Below are positions 7,533-16,879 of a stretch of 61,879 nt of DNA, in pieces. A model generated the notes under the pieces. It saw only the letters and a list, made by a program, of their open reading frames with translations, was not told the DNA's origin and did not search any database. Source of the DNA: a virus (taxonomy: Duplodnaviria > Caudoviricetes); IMG/VR virus record IMGVR_UViG_3300047508_000126, positions 1 through 61,879 of that record; one strand, 5' to 3'. The position numbers and the translations under genes are program-made. Each line of letters begins with the position of its first letter. The first letter of the stretch is position 1.

Positions 7533-7714
7533 TGACAGGCCCAGAGAACTACCGCGAGGCTGAACGGCTGATCGATGAGGCCAACCACGTCGGCCACAGC
7601 GACCCTCGGCGCAGCGACGGAATGATCGCCGCCGCCCTGGTGCATGCCACGCTCGCGCTCGCCGCCGCGACAGCGAACCCGCTGGCCAGCATGTGGCAGG
7701 ACGTGGCCGCATGA
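7532..7714 (+). CDS. hypothetical protein
   Basis: MTGPENYREAERL...ALVHATLALAAATA, a pattern common in actinophage early genes; TAATG overlap. Confidence 0.7.
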   Translation: MTGPENYREAERLIDEANHVGHSDPRRSDGMIAAALVHATLALAAATANPLASMWQDVAA

Positions 7715-8310
7715 TGAGCGCGACCTACGCCGAGAGCAACAGCGCCGCCCAGCCCCCCACCCTGCCCGGCGGCCGGTTCATCCCCGGCACCAGGCAGCCC
7801 ACCGTCTTCGCCTCCGTACTAGCCGACCCCGCATTCCCCGGCTGGGGCATCGACGCCTGCGGCCACTGCGGCACCGCGTTCACAGGCGAGGACCCCGGCC
7901 TGTTCTGCTGGGAACTCCCCCTCGAGCGGCTACGGGGGCTCGCCTACCAGGCCGGATGGGTGTACGACTCCCGGTGGATCTGGACATGCCCCGGCTGCCA
8001 GCAGGACCCTGGATGGCTGTCGCTGCACCGCACCCTGGAGGTCCGCACCCCGGACGCGCCGGCGGAACAGCCGGCCTGCGGCGGGCCCGGCGTCTCCGCC
8101 GGCCTGGCGGTTGACGTGATGCTGACATCCCACGACTACCCCGATCTGCTCCGCTCGTTCGACCGGCGGGCCAGGAAGATCCTGGGGCCGCACCGGCTCG
8201 GCGGCGAGTTCGACCCGTCGCGGTGGCGGGCGGGGCACCGGGCGCCCGTGTGGCGGCACGAGCCGCCGCTCCGGCTGCGCCGCGGCGGGCAGCGGCGGAG
8301 GGCCGCATGA
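7711..8310 (+). CDS. hypothetical Zn-finger protein
   Basis: CGHC...CPGC; ATGA overlaps. Confidence 0.6.
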   Translation: MMSATYAESNSAAQPPTLPGGRFIPGTRQPTVFASVLADPAFPGWGIDACGHCGTAFTGEDPGLFCWELPLERLRGLAYQAGWVYDSRWIWTCPGCQQDPGWLSLHRTLEVRTPDAPAEQPACGGPGVSAGLAVDVMLTSHDYPDLLRSFDRRARKILGPHRLGGEFDPSRWRAGHRAPVWRHEPPLRLRRGGQRRRAA

Positions 8311-8546
8311 CCGCGCTCCGCGCCATCATCCTCGACGGGCTCGGCGAAGCCGCCGACAACCGCCGCAGCAGCCACCGCCCCTGCCGCGACTGCACCCGCC
8401 ACGGCCCGTGCCCCGACCGGGCCGCCGACCTCGCCGCAGCCGACGCATTCGACGGCGCCGCAGCGCTCATCCGCCGCATCACCGGCGACCACTGGATCAT
8501 CTCCGTACTCCGCGGCGAAACCACCACCACCAGGGGGACAGCATGA
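8307..8546 (+). CDS. hypothetical Cys-rich protein
   Basis: CRDC...C; ATGA overlaps. Confidence 0.6.
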   Translation: MTALRAIILDGLGEAADNRRSSHRPCRDCTRHGPCPDRAADLAAADAFDGAAALIRRITGDHWIISVLRGETTTTRGTA

Positions 8547-9688
8547 CCGCCACAGACGCCGAACTCACCGTCTACCAGACCGCCCAGCCCGGCCAGTACC
8601 AGGCCGGGATCGTCATGACACCCGAGCAGGCCAAGGCCCTGGATGACCAGGTACGCGCCTGCACCCGCGCCGTCCTGCGCGAGGGCGTCGACTACGGCAC
8701 CACCCCCGGCACCGGCGACGACACCAAGACGCTAAAGAAGCCCGGCGCGGAAAAGCTACTCCAGTGGTTCGGCCTGGCCTACACCATGCACTGCCTCGAC
8801 ATCGACCGCGACGACGAGGGCCGCAAGCAAGGCGCCACCTACCGGTGCACCGTCGTCAAGCGGCTCGGTGACGGTCACACCGCCGAGGTTGCGACCTGCG
8901 AAGGCTACGCAGGGTTCGACGAGGCGAAGTTCTACAAGGCCGCCGAGCAGGCGCAGGCCGACGCCGAGGCCAAGGAGCGCTACTGGGCCGAGAAGGACAA
9001 GCGCGTGGCCAACCCGAACAAGTGGAAGTTCCTCGGCGAATACAAAGCGCCCTGGAACACCGTCATCAAGATGAGCCAGAAACGCGCCCTCGTCGGCGCC
9101 GCCATCGTGGCCACCGCCGCCGGCGGCCTATTCAGCCAGGAAGACGACGACGACCGCGATCCCGTGGCCGACGACGGCAGCACCTACTACGAGCAGGCCC
9201 TCGAAGCAGCCTTCACGTTCACCGACAAGGAGGCCGGGGACGCGATCTACGTCGGCGCCTTCGATGCCTACAGGAACGGCCTGTGCAACGGCAAGCAGAA
9301 GGACCACGTGCAGAACAAGGTCAGGCAGCGCCAGAAGCTTCTCAAGACCGCTAAGTCCGTCGCCGTGGAAGACCTCCCCCAGGCCGCGGACGGACCGGAC
9401 GACCCCGGCACGGCCACCACGCCGCAGATCGGCGCCATCTGGACAATCCTCACCACCGTGTTCAAGTTCGGCAAGGACGAGAAAGACCAGGCCCGCGCCG
9501 TCTGCTCCTACATCACGCAGCGCGCCATCAGCTCAACCAAGGACATGAGCCTGAACGAGGCGATGGCCGTCCTCGACACGCTGGCCAGCTGGCAGGAAAC
9601 CGCCGAGCAGCACGACGAGCAGCCCCGCGAGTTCCTGATCGAGCTGATGGCCACAGCCGAGGATGACGGCGGCGGCGATGAGCAATAG
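8543..9688 (+). CDS. putative single-strand annealing/recombination protein
   Basis: EGVDYG.PG...TL.KPGAEKL and NTVIKMSQKRALVGA motifs recall phage Rad52/RecT-like annealases; early-region position. Confidence 0.6.
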   Translation: MTATDAELTVYQTAQPGQYQAGIVMTPEQAKALDDQVRACTRAVLREGVDYGTTPGTGDDTKTLKKPGAEKLLQWFGLAYTMHCLDIDRDDEGRKQGATYRCTVVKRLGDGHTAEVATCEGYAGFDEAKFYKAAEQAQADAEAKERYWAEKDKRVANPNKWKFLGEYKAPWNTVIKMSQKRALVGAAIVATAAGGLFSQEDDDDRDPVADDGSTYYEQALEAAFTFTDKEAGDAIYVGAFDAYRNGLCNGKQKDHVQNKVRQRQKLLKTAKSVAVEDLPQAADGPDDPGTATTPQIGAIWTILTTVFKFGKDEKDQARAVCSYITQRAISSTKDMSLNEAMAVLDTLASWQETAEQHDEQPREFLIELMATAEDDGGGDEQ

Positions 9689-9827
9689 CGGGCCCGCGTA
9701 CGTCACCATCCCCGACGACGACTTCGGGTGGCTCGCGGCGGTCCTCAACATCCGGTACGCGCTCGCCGAGGCCGCCGCCCTCGGCGTGGCCATCCTCGAA
9801 GCCGCCGGGGCGGAGGCAACCCCGTGA
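9678..9827 (+). CDS. small hypothetical protein
   Basis: 49-aa ORF filling the operon gap with overlapping junctions. Confidence 0.5.
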   Translation: MSNSGPAYVTIPDDDFGWLAAVLNIRYALAEAAALGVAILEAAGAEATP

Positions 9828-10015
9828 ACGCGACAAGCCCCGCATGGGTTCTGTGCTGGGAACTCACCGCCATCGCCGTCGCAGCCGCCGCCGGCTACGG
9901 CCTCACCAAGCTCCGCGACCGCCGCCACACACGCGAGCGGGACCGCCGCGACGCCATGTTCTGCGCCGCCCACGACATCGACTGGACCCGCACCGCCGGG
10001 GAGAGGACACCGTGA
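9824..10015 (+). CDS. small membrane protein
   Basis: one TM segment; GTGA overlaps. Confidence 0.55.
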   Translation: MNATSPAWVLCWELTAIAVAAAAGYGLTKLRDRRHTRERDRRDAMFCAAHDIDWTRTAGERTP

Positions 10016-10383
10016 CCATCCGCCCCGACCTCACCAACAGCGACGAGCACATCCCCCTTGTGCTGCAGCAGCTAGCCGGAGCCATCGGCGAAGCGGCCCG
10101 CCGCCGGGAGGAAGCAGAACGCCGCCGGAAAGCGGAAGAGGACGCCCTGGGTGAGCTGATGATCCGGCGGCTCGCCAACCGCCACGACCACCGCCGCCTC
10201 CCGTGCCGGTCCGGCGGCTGGCATGAGGTCTGCCCCGACCCGCAAGCCCACGCCGCCGACGCCGCCGCCATGGCCACCGTCCTCGAGGCATGCGGATTCA
10301 TCCCCTACGAGCACGGCCGGCCCGACATCACCCCGGACGGGTGCAGGCGCACCATCACCAACTACCAGAGGCCAGGCCGGTGA
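10012..10383 (+). CDS. hypothetical protein
   Basis: GAGG RBS, GTGA overlaps. Confidence 0.6.
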   Translation: MTIRPDLTNSDEHIPLVLQQLAGAIGEAARRREEAERRRKAEEDALGELMIRRLANRHDHRRLPCRSGGWHEVCPDPQAHAADAAAMATVLEACGFIPYEHGRPDITPDGCRRTITNYQRPGR

Positions 10384-10607
10384 GCATGTTCCTGCGCGGT
10401 GAGCGTCCCCCGCGACCCGGCATACCCCGCGGCCACCCCCTCGCCGGGCTCCGCGTCGCCGACCCCGAGTGGCAGCCCGCCTGGTGCCGCGGCCCCGTCG
10501 ACCCGGAGTGGGATCCCTGCGGCCGCCCGGCCCCGCCATTCCAGGCACCCGGCCGCCGCAAGAGTGCCGCCACGCTCATCGCCGCCATGGGCCGGTACGC
10601 GCGGTGA
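10380..10607 (+). CDS. hypothetical Pro-rich protein
   Basis: GTGA overlaps on both sides. Confidence 0.45.
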   Translation: MSMFLRGERPPRPGIPRGHPLAGLRVADPEWQPAWCRGPVDPEWDPCGRPAPPFQAPGRRKSAATLIAAMGRYAR

Positions 10608-10963
10608 GCACCCCCGAAGACCGCGCGGACGACACCCCCCCCGTCCGCGCTGCCCGCACCGCAGCCCTCCGGGCTGGTGCGGGGTCACCGGCCGGCCCTG
10701 CCACCCCCCCGGCAGGGCCGGCCACCCGAACGTCCCCTCCGGTGCCGTCTCCCAAGACCCCCGCGCCGGAGGGGACCCAGACCCCGGCTAGGGCTGCGCT
10801 TGATGCGGACGGTGCAGCCCTAGCCGGCCAGGCATGGCGCAAGGCAGCCAAAGCCGCCCAGTCCGACTGGAACGCCGCCCTCAGACGCGGACGATTCACC
10901 CGGGCACCCAGGCGGACCGGCCCCGGCATGATCCGCAAACCCCCACCAGGTGATGCCACGTGA
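10604..10963 (+). CDS. hypothetical Pro/Ala-rich protein
   Basis: GTGA overlaps on both sides. Confidence 0.45.
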   Translation: MSTPEDRADDTPPVRAARTAALRAGAGSPAGPATPPAGPATRTSPPVPSPKTPAPEGTQTPARAALDADGAALAGQAWRKAAKAAQSDWNAALRRGRFTRAPRRTGPGMIRKPPPGDAT

Positions 10964-11106
10964 CCATCGACCAGCTCCGCGCCGCCATCAGCTGCACCCT
11001 CCGCTTCTACGGCGCCCCCGTAAGCCGCGACGTCCTCGACGAGCTCGTCAGCATCGCCGACCACCACGCCGCCGAAGAAGCAGCCGCAGCCGTTGAAATC
11101 CGCTAA
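10960..11106 (+). CDS. small hypothetical protein
   Basis: 48-aa ORF with typical codon usage. Confidence 0.5.
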   Translation: MTIDQLRAAISCTLRFYGAPVSRDVLDELVSIADHHAAEEAAAAVEIR

Positions 11107-11130
11107 CCGAGGGGACAGGACGGAGGCTAA

Positions 11131-11622
11131 GTGGCACGCCCCAACTGGAACTACATCCGCGTCGACGTAGACCTCCCCGACCACGAAAAGACCGACGACC
11201 TGTCCGACAAGGCATTCCGCACCCTGATCGAGATGTGGTGCTGGTGCGGCCGGCAACTCAACGACGGGTTCATCCGCGACGCCAAGTGGAAAACGTTCGG
11301 CACCCAGGTAGCCCGCGATCAGCTCCTGCGCGTTCCGCCGGGCTACGAGCACGGGTTCGCGGAACGGGTGACCGGCGGCTACCAGATGCACGACTACACC
11401 GGGCCGGATGGTCACCAGAGGTCACGCGCCGAAGTCGACGAGAAACGCGCGCAACGCTCCGAAGCGGGCAAGCGCAGTGCCGCCGCGCGGGCCGCAGCAC
11501 GTGCTTCGCCGCTACGGCTCGTTGAGCAAAACGGCAACGAGTCGTTGAACGGTTCGTCGCACGAGTCGTTCAACAAAACTCCAACAGAGGCAGAGGCAGA
11601 GGCAGATACAACCCGTTCCTGA
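11131..11622 (+). CDS. putative replication initiator
   Basis: YIRVDVDLPDHEK...LSDKAFR...WC.....DGFI...GY.MHDY..HQRSR N-terminus typical of actinophage initiators; internal repeats and EAEAEA linker. Confidence 0.7.
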   Translation: MARPNWNYIRVDVDLPDHEKTDDLSDKAFRTLIEMWCWCGRQLNDGFIRDAKWKTFGTQVARDQLLRVPPGYEHGFAERVTGGYQMHDYTGPDGHQRSRAEVDEKRAQRSEAGKRSAAARAAARASPLRLVEQNGNESLNGSSHESFNKTPTEAEAEADTTRS

Positions 11623-11712
11623 CGGAACGACGGGTGCAAGCACCTGTTTTTGATCTTGGAAGCGAAATGTCCGATCTGACGGTAACTGTCCCAGGAAAGC
11701 CGGATTTGAAAT
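11520..11712. repeat. candidate replication origin (iteron-like repeats plus AT-richer tract)
   Basis: CAACGAGTCGTTG and CACGAGTCGTTCAAC repeats, AGAGGC x3, then TGTTTTTGATCTT. Confidence 0.45.
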
Positions 11713-12049
11713 GATTTGCTTTGGCTGCCGCGCCGAAGGCCACATCGAGGCCAACTGCCCGAACGCCGCCATCGACGACGGCCGGCCGCCATGGTGCGGG
11801 TTCTGCGACGAGAAGACCCGCCTCATCGACCACGGCGACTCGGTTAGCCGCTGCCAGCAATGCCATCCGGCTGCCCGCAAGCAGCTGCGGCAGTGCCGCA
11901 AGTGCCCGCATTGCCACGTCACCGTCTACGAGTGGGACCAGGCCCCGTGCGGGAGCCACGCCGGTCCGTCGGCACCTGACCGGCGGCCGGACCGGGAAAC
12001 CATCCGTGGTGTCATCGCTGCTGAGTACGAGCCTAAGGACGCGGCGTGA
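11711..12049 (+). CDS. multi-Zn-finger protein
   Basis: CxxC-GH-C zinc knuckle followed by several CxxC pairs. Confidence 0.7.
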   Translation: MICFGCRAEGHIEANCPNAAIDDGRPPWCGFCDEKTRLIDHGDSVSRCQQCHPAARKQLRQCRKCPHCHVTVYEWDQAPCGSHAGPSAPDRRPDRETIRGVIAAEYEPKDAA

Positions 12050-12291
12050 TGGCGCCCCGCTGCGGTAAGCCCATGCGCCGCTACGAAGCCTGCGGACGAC
12101 CGGAGGGACACAACGGGCCGTGCCGGTCAGCTCCCGCGGTCGCGCGTTCATACAGGGCGTCGAATGCCCGGCTCGCCATGATCACCCAGCCGTGCGCGTG
12201 CGGCTGCGGGGAAATGGCGCTGTGGGGTCACCGGTACCGGAAAAATCACCAGCCGCGTGACGAGTGGGGCTGCTGGAGGGCTGCCGCGTGA
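12046..12291 (+). CDS. small Cys/His-rich protein
   Basis: C...CGRPEGHNGPC and CACGCG motifs. Confidence 0.55.
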   Translation: MMAPRCGKPMRRYEACGRPEGHNGPCRSAPAVARSYRASNARLAMITQPCACGCGEMALWGHRYRKNHQPRDEWGCWRAAA

Positions 12292-12713
12292 TGGCGTGGG
12301 AGGCGATCCGCCTCACCGTCATCCTCGCCGGGCTGCTGGTCGCCGCAGGCTGGGTGGGGTACACGGGTGCGGAGGCGGTGTTCGGCGGCACCCCGGTCAT
12401 GGTCCCGGCTGCGGTGTCCCCGTCAGCGTCTGCGGTGCCGAAGTGGCATCCGTCCCCGGCCCCGCACCGGTCGGCCATGGTGCCGGCGTCTGTGGGACCG
12501 GTGTCGGCGGTTCCCGTCCGCACCCGCCACCCGCCGAGAACACACGCACCTTCACCCCCCTGGACGACGCCCAGGACGACGGTGAGCGTTTCACCCACAC
12601 CGACCCCCACGCCCACCCCGCCAGCGCCGCCCACGGCCACGTCAGAGCCGCCCACGGCCACTCCCACCGAGACGCCGCCGCTACCTGGCGCCGGATCCGG
12701 GAGCGGCACATGA
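12291..12713 (+). CDS. membrane-anchored Pro/Thr-rich protein
   Basis: N-terminal TM, PT repeats. Confidence 0.55.
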   Translation: MAWEAIRLTVILAGLLVAAGWVGYTGAEAVFGGTPVMVPAAVSPSASAVPKWHPSPAPHRSAMVPASVGPVSAVPVRTRHPPRTHAPSPPWTTPRTTVSVSPTPTPTPTPPAPPTATSEPPTATPTETPPLPGAGSGSGT

Positions 12714-12862
12714 CCGGCTGCCCGTTCAGGACCATGTGCGAAGGCATGCGCCGGCTCTCCTGCCGCGACAACGCCAAGGGCACCATGCAGCAGGCCATCG
12801 AAGCCTGCACGGGCGGCGAGTGCTTCGTGATCTTCGGACGGGGGCCACATGAGCCCGATTAA
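12710..12862 (+). CDS. small Cys-rich protein
   Basis: ATGA overlap; MTGCPFRTMCEG... Confidence 0.45.
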   Translation: MTGCPFRTMCEGMRRLSCRDNAKGTMQQAIEACTGGECFVIFGRGPHEPD

Positions 12863-12981
12863 ACGAAACAAAGTAACAGGAACTCCGTCCGATCCCGCCG
12901 CCGCGCTCGGACCCAACCTCGCCCGCCCCCGCTACCCGCCACCGCTGCCCGCCGCCGGAAGCCCGCCATAAGGAGAACGAC

Positions 12982-13293
12982 ATGAGCCGCGCCTGCATCT
13001 GCGACCGCCCCCTACTCGCCCACACCGGAGGAAAACGACCCGACCGCACAGCCCTCCGCGACGCCATCAAAATCTGGCTCTGGCAGCACACCCAGAAATA
13101 CCCCCGCCTGTGGTTCACCCCCGTCGAACTCGCCCGCGTCATCGCCGAGCAGTACGCCTGCGAACCGCAGCCCTGGCGGGTCTCGTTCTGGGGCCGCGGC
13201 CGCACCGTCATCTCCTGCCTCGAGGAACTCGAAACCCTCGGCGACGTGATCCGCAGCGACGACGGCACGCAGTGGAAAGCCGCCCCCGCGTGA
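12982..13293 (+). CDS. hypothetical protein, possible winged helix
   Basis: AAGGAG RBS; FTPVELAR...VISCLEELE.LGDV. Confidence 0.6.
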   Translation: MSRACICDRPLLAHTGGKRPDRTALRDAIKIWLWQHTQKYPRLWFTPVELARVIAEQYACEPQPWRVSFWGRGRTVISCLEELETLGDVIRSDDGTQWKAAPA

Positions 13294-13457
13294 CCCCGGC
13301 ACCGGGCCAGGAGGCGCTGTTCGAACGCGCCGATGTCTGCCCTGACGACGGTGAGGATGACGCGGTGGCGGTGCCGGCCTACCCGGCGTCGCTCAAACGG
13401 GCAATCGCCGAGACGCGCCGCGCGCTGTTCGCCGACCCCCCGCAACCGCCGCCGTGA
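13290..13457 (+). CDS. small hypothetical protein
   Basis: GTGA overlaps on both sides. Confidence 0.45.
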   Translation: MTPAPGQEALFERADVCPDDGEDDAVAVPAYPASLKRAIAETRRALFADPPQPPP

Positions 13458-13675
13458 CCGCCGGCCCGGTTGCCGCGTTCGGATCCAACCTCACCCGCCA
13501 CCGCACCAGCCGCGGCTGGTCCCAGGAGGAAGCCGCCCTGCGGACCGGTCTCGGCATCGCCACCATCAACCGCACCGAGCACGGAGGCGGCTGCTACCTG
13601 TCCACCGCCATCGCCCTAGCGCAGGCGTACGGCACCACCATCGATGCCCTGCTGCATCAGGAGCCGCCACCATGA
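13454..13675 (+). CDS. XRE-family HTH protein
   Basis: FGSNLTRHRTSRGWSQEEAALRTGLGIATINRTEHG. Confidence 0.85.
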   Translation: MTAGPVAAFGSNLTRHRTSRGWSQEEAALRTGLGIATINRTEHGGGCYLSTAIALAQAYGTTIDALLHQEPPP

Positions 13676-14292
13676 CGGACATCGCTGATACGGTCGCCGA
13701 GCTCGCCGGCCTCTGGCATGCCCTCGCCGCCGCCCTCGCCCGCGACACCACCAGCACCGACGGCCCCGCAGCACGCACCTGGACAGCCGCAGCCGTCGTC
13801 AACCCCGACGTACTCGCCGCCATCATCACCCTCGACCAGGATGTCCCCGCCGCCGTCGCCAGGGCCTGCGCCGACATCAGCGAACCATGGCGGCATAGGG
13901 ACACCGACGGCTGCCTCCGCCAGCTCCCCAGACTCGCCTCCCGCATGCACGACCTCGGCCACATCAACGCCGAACAGCACCTCACCTGGCAGGCGGGCGG
14001 ATGGCTCCGCATGGTCAAACGCGCCCTCGGCCTCCGCAAACCAGACGTCCCAGTCGGCTATCCCTGCCCGTGGGCTGACAGCCGCCCCGAATGCCACCAG
14101 TACGGCGCGGTGATGCTGTTCATGGCCGGCCGCGACGGGTTCCTCCGCACCGGCCCGGACGGGCCGTGGGTGCAGTGGGTGGACTCCGGCCTGATCTACT
14201 GCACGTCGGACACGTGCGGGGCGTCATGGGGCCCGGCGCAATGGCCAATGCTAGGCCGTCTGCTGAAACAAGCAGCAGGCGAGGCAGCGTAG
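13672..14292 (+). CDS. hypothetical protein with C-terminal Cys cluster
   Basis: AGGAG RBS; CP...C...C....CG..W ending typical of actinophage genes just before the late region. Confidence 0.65.
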   Translation: MTDIADTVAELAGLWHALAAALARDTTSTDGPAARTWTAAAVVNPDVLAAIITLDQDVPAAVARACADISEPWRHRDTDGCLRQLPRLASRMHDLGHINAEQHLTWQAGGWLRMVKRALGLRKPDVPVGYPCPWADSRPECHQYGAVMLFMAGRDGFLRTGPDGPWVQWVDSGLIYCTSDTCGASWGPAQWPMLGRLLKQAAGEAA

Positions 14293-14375
14293 TGAATACG
14301 GTAAAATGTACGAATAGGCCCCGGCGACCGTGCGACCGGCCCCGGGGCGTGGCCACACCTGGTAAGAGGTGCAGC

Positions 14376-14915
14376 GTGCCTGATGCTACCCCCGAGTCCT
14401 GGAAGCCGATCGCCGGCTATGAGGGCTTTTACGAAGTCTCCGATCTCGGCCGAGTCCGCAATGTCCGCACGAGCCGCATCATCGCCCAATGCCTCAGGGG
14501 ATACAGCGGGATTACCGGAAGAGGCGTGGGTTATCTCACCGTCAAGCTATGCCGTGACGGGATAGTCAAGCGCTACAAGGTTCACCGGCTAGTCGGCGAG
14601 GCGTTCATCGGCCCGCTGCCGCCCGGCATGCAGACCCGCCATGGTCCGGGCCGGACGCTCGACAACCGGCTCGTCAACCTCTCCTACGGCACGCCACGTG
14701 AGAACATTCACGACCAGATACGCGATGGTGTGGACACCCGTGGCGGCGCTAACGCGCAGGCGAAGCTCACCAATAAGGCCGTCGCCGCTATCCGCGTCCG
14801 CTATGCGGCGGGTGAACTTCAGGATGCGCTGGCCCGCGAGTTCGGCGTCACCCAGACCACGATAAGTCGTGTGATCCGCGGCGCGAGCTGGACCGTAATC
14901 AGGGGAACGCCGTGA
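14376..14915 (+). CDS. NUMOD4-HNH homing endonuclease
   Basis: ESWKPIAGYEGFYEVSDLGRVR (NUMOD4); VHRLVGEAF...RH...DNRLVNL...EN (HNH); C-terminal HTH. Confidence 0.9.
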   Translation: MPDATPESWKPIAGYEGFYEVSDLGRVRNVRTSRIIAQCLRGYSGITGRGVGYLTVKLCRDGIVKRYKVHRLVGEAFIGPLPPGMQTRHGPGRTLDNRLVNLSYGTPRENIHDQIRDGVDTRGGANAQAKLTNKAVAAIRVRYAAGELQDALAREFGVTQTTISRVIRGASWTVIRGTP

Positions 14916-15676
14916 CCGATCCGTACTACGCCGACGAGCGCGTGACCCTCTACCACGGCGACATGCTGGAAACGCCGATTCCGGCCCTGGCCGATGCATT
15001 CATCGCCGATCCGCCATACTCCCGCGCTGGCGCTCTGCACACCGGCCGCATGAACAGCCAAGCCGACCTAGTCGGCTCCGATCAGTTCTGGCTGCACTGG
15101 TTCAACGCCGCAGCGAAGAGAATCACCGACCGGACTAGGCCCGACGGGCACGGATTCATCTTCACCGACTACCGCACGGTCGCACTGGTCGAACGCGCAT
15201 TCCTGGCCGCTGGCGCGGGCTGGTACGTCTCCCAGTGCCTTGTCTGGGACCGTGAGTCGATCGGCATGGGCTCACCGTTCCGCGCGTCCCACGAACTGAT
15301 CGCTTTCATCCGGGGGCCTAAGTTCGAATGGAAAGGCAAGCGCGACATGGGCAACGTCATCCGCTGCCGCTGGCCGTACCTCGCCCACGAGAACCACGAG
15401 GCGGAGAAGCCGGTGCCGCTACTGGAACGCTTGGCCGAGACGACTCCTGCCGGGGCGCTGATCCTTGACCCCTTCGCCGGGTCGGGGTCAACCCTCGTCG
15501 CGGCGCGGAACCTCGGCCGCCGTGCTCTCGGCGTTGAGCTTGAGGAACGCTATTGCGAGGTCGCCGTGCGGCGTCTCTCGCAGTCAACCCTCGGCGAGAC
15601 CGCCCCAGCGCCGGAGGTGGCCATGCCGGTCACGCCGACCACGTTTGACCTGTTCAATGATGACGATGCCGCATGA
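14912..15676 (+). CDS. DNA N6-adenine/N4-cytosine methyltransferase (beta class)
   Basis: DPPY precedes H.AEKP and ILDPFAGSGST. Confidence 0.92.
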   Translation: MTDPYYADERVTLYHGDMLETPIPALADAFIADPPYSRAGALHTGRMNSQADLVGSDQFWLHWFNAAAKRITDRTRPDGHGFIFTDYRTVALVERAFLAAGAGWYVSQCLVWDRESIGMGSPFRASHELIAFIRGPKFEWKGKRDMGNVIRCRWPYLAHENHEAEKPVPLLERLAETTPAGALILDPFAGSGSTLVAARNLGRRALGVELEERYCEVAVRRLSQSTLGETAPAPEVAMPVTPTTFDLFNDDDAA

Positions 15677-15718
15677 ACGATTCCCGCACCATGAGCCGCC
15701 TGCGGCACCATAGACGCC

Positions 15719-15931
15719 ATGCCGCACCTGGCCGACACCCAGGCCATCGCCTACATGCTCAAACGCAAACCCGCCACCATCCGCACCTGGGCGTTCCGCT
15801 ACCCCGACCTCATGCCACGCAGAGGCACCGGCAAACACCACAGAGCCCTCTACGACGTTGAAGAAGCCGAACTCATCGCCGCCCTCATCGACCACCATGG
15901 TGGGAACACGCGCCGAACTGTGCAACACTGA
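15719..15931 (+). CDS. small HTH protein (MerR-like), possible late-gene regulator
   Basis: DTQAIAYMLKRKPATIRTWAFR...G...RALYDVEE. Confidence 0.65.
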   Translation: MPHLADTQAIAYMLKRKPATIRTWAFRYPDLMPRRGTGKHHRALYDVEEAELIAALIDHHGGNTRRTVQH

Positions 15932-15974
15932 AAGTCCGCGCGGTAGCCTGCCCGGAAACGGAAGGAACCGCCCG

Positions 15975-16109
15975 ATGCTCACCGTCCACGGCCTCATGAT
16001 CGAGAACGCACCCGCGGACATCGACCTCAACGGTGCCATAGTCGAACTCCGCGTCGACGGCGACCTGTTCATCGCTGAGATCCGCATCCCCGGCCCCCCA
16101 GCACCCTGA
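15975..16109 (+). CDS. small hypothetical protein
   Basis: AAGGA RBS; 44 aa. Confidence 0.5.
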   Translation: MLTVHGLMIENAPADIDLNGAIVELRVDGDLFIAEIRIPGPPAP

Positions 16110-16112
16110 CCC

Positions 16113-16286
16113 ATGGCTGACCCGCTAACCGTGGCCTGCCCCCACTGCGGCCAACTGGCCGGTCAGCGGTGCGCATCCCTGTCCGACTGGGCACGCCAGC
16201 CGCACCGCGACCGCATCAAAGCAGCTGAGGCGCTCGACGCGTACCAGGAAGCGTCCAACGAGATCCACTACCTGACCGGAGACTGA
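16113..16286 (+). CDS. small Zn-finger protein
   Basis: VACPHCGQLAGQRC...H..R. Confidence 0.6.
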   Translation: MADPLTVACPHCGQLAGQRCASLSDWARQPHRDRIKAAEALDAYQEASNEIHYLTGD

Positions 16287-16305
16287 CCATGGGAGGCGAC
16301 GACCG

Positions 16306-16398
16306 ATGCCGCGCTGGCTGATCTTCCTCATCGCCATCCTCGTCATCCTGCTCATCGCCGTGATCATCGTCGAGCACACCCACTTCGGCATCCACTGA
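16306..16398 (+). CDS. 30-aa single-TM peptide
   Basis: GGGAGG RBS; MPRWLIFLIAILVILLIAVIIVEHTHFGIH. Confidence 0.6.
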   Translation: MPRWLIFLIAILVILLIAVIIVEHTHFGIH

Positions 16399-16400
16399 CC

Positions 16401-16550
16401 ATGGCCGGATGCAGTGCGACCATCCGATACACCGGGGGCCCGCCGTTCACATGCACCCTGACGGCCGGGCATAAAGGCCCGCACTGGGCCGCCGAAGCCC
16501 CGTTGAGCTGGACGTGCAGCGTCGCGGTCGTCCAGCCCCGGAAGTGGTGA
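16401..16550 (+). CDS. small Cys/His protein
   Basis: C...CTLTAGHKGPH motif. Confidence 0.45.
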   Translation: MAGCSATIRYTGGPPFTCTLTAGHKGPHWAAEAPLSWTCSVAVVQPRKW

Positions 16551-16552
16551 CC

Positions 16553-16843
16553 ATGCGCGTACCCCGGGGCAAGACAGCAGCCCGGGGATACGGCGGCCCC
16601 CACGCACGCCTCAGAGCCCAGTGGAAACCCACCGTAGACGCAGGCCAGGCCATCTGCCACGCCGCCATCTGCCTCCACCCCACCCGCTGGATCCAGCCAG
16701 GCACACCATGGCACCTCGGCCACACACCCGACCGCACCGCATGGACCGGCCCCGAACACGCCCTCTGCAATGACGCCGACGGTGGCAGGCGCTCCCGCAT
16801 GCAAGGCAGGCAGCGGCCATGGCAGACATCACGCGCATGGTGA
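16553..16843 (+). CDS. packaging-associated HNH-like endonuclease
   Basis: RGYG..H..LR...C....C...WHLGH.....GPEH..CN; position upstream of terminase. Confidence 0.75.
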   Translation: MRVPRGKTAARGYGGPHARLRAQWKPTVDAGQAICHAAICLHPTRWIQPGTPWHLGHTPDRTAWTGPEHALCNDADGGRRSRMQGRQRPWQTSRAW

Positions 16844-16879
16844 CCAGGCCGCAGGTAATGGCGAGGCAGTAACCATCAC

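Noticed and set aside
14912-15676. Restriction-modification system with the adjacent HNH gene
   Set aside because: The neighbour is a NUMOD4 homing-type endonuclease; orphan methyltransferases are common in phages.
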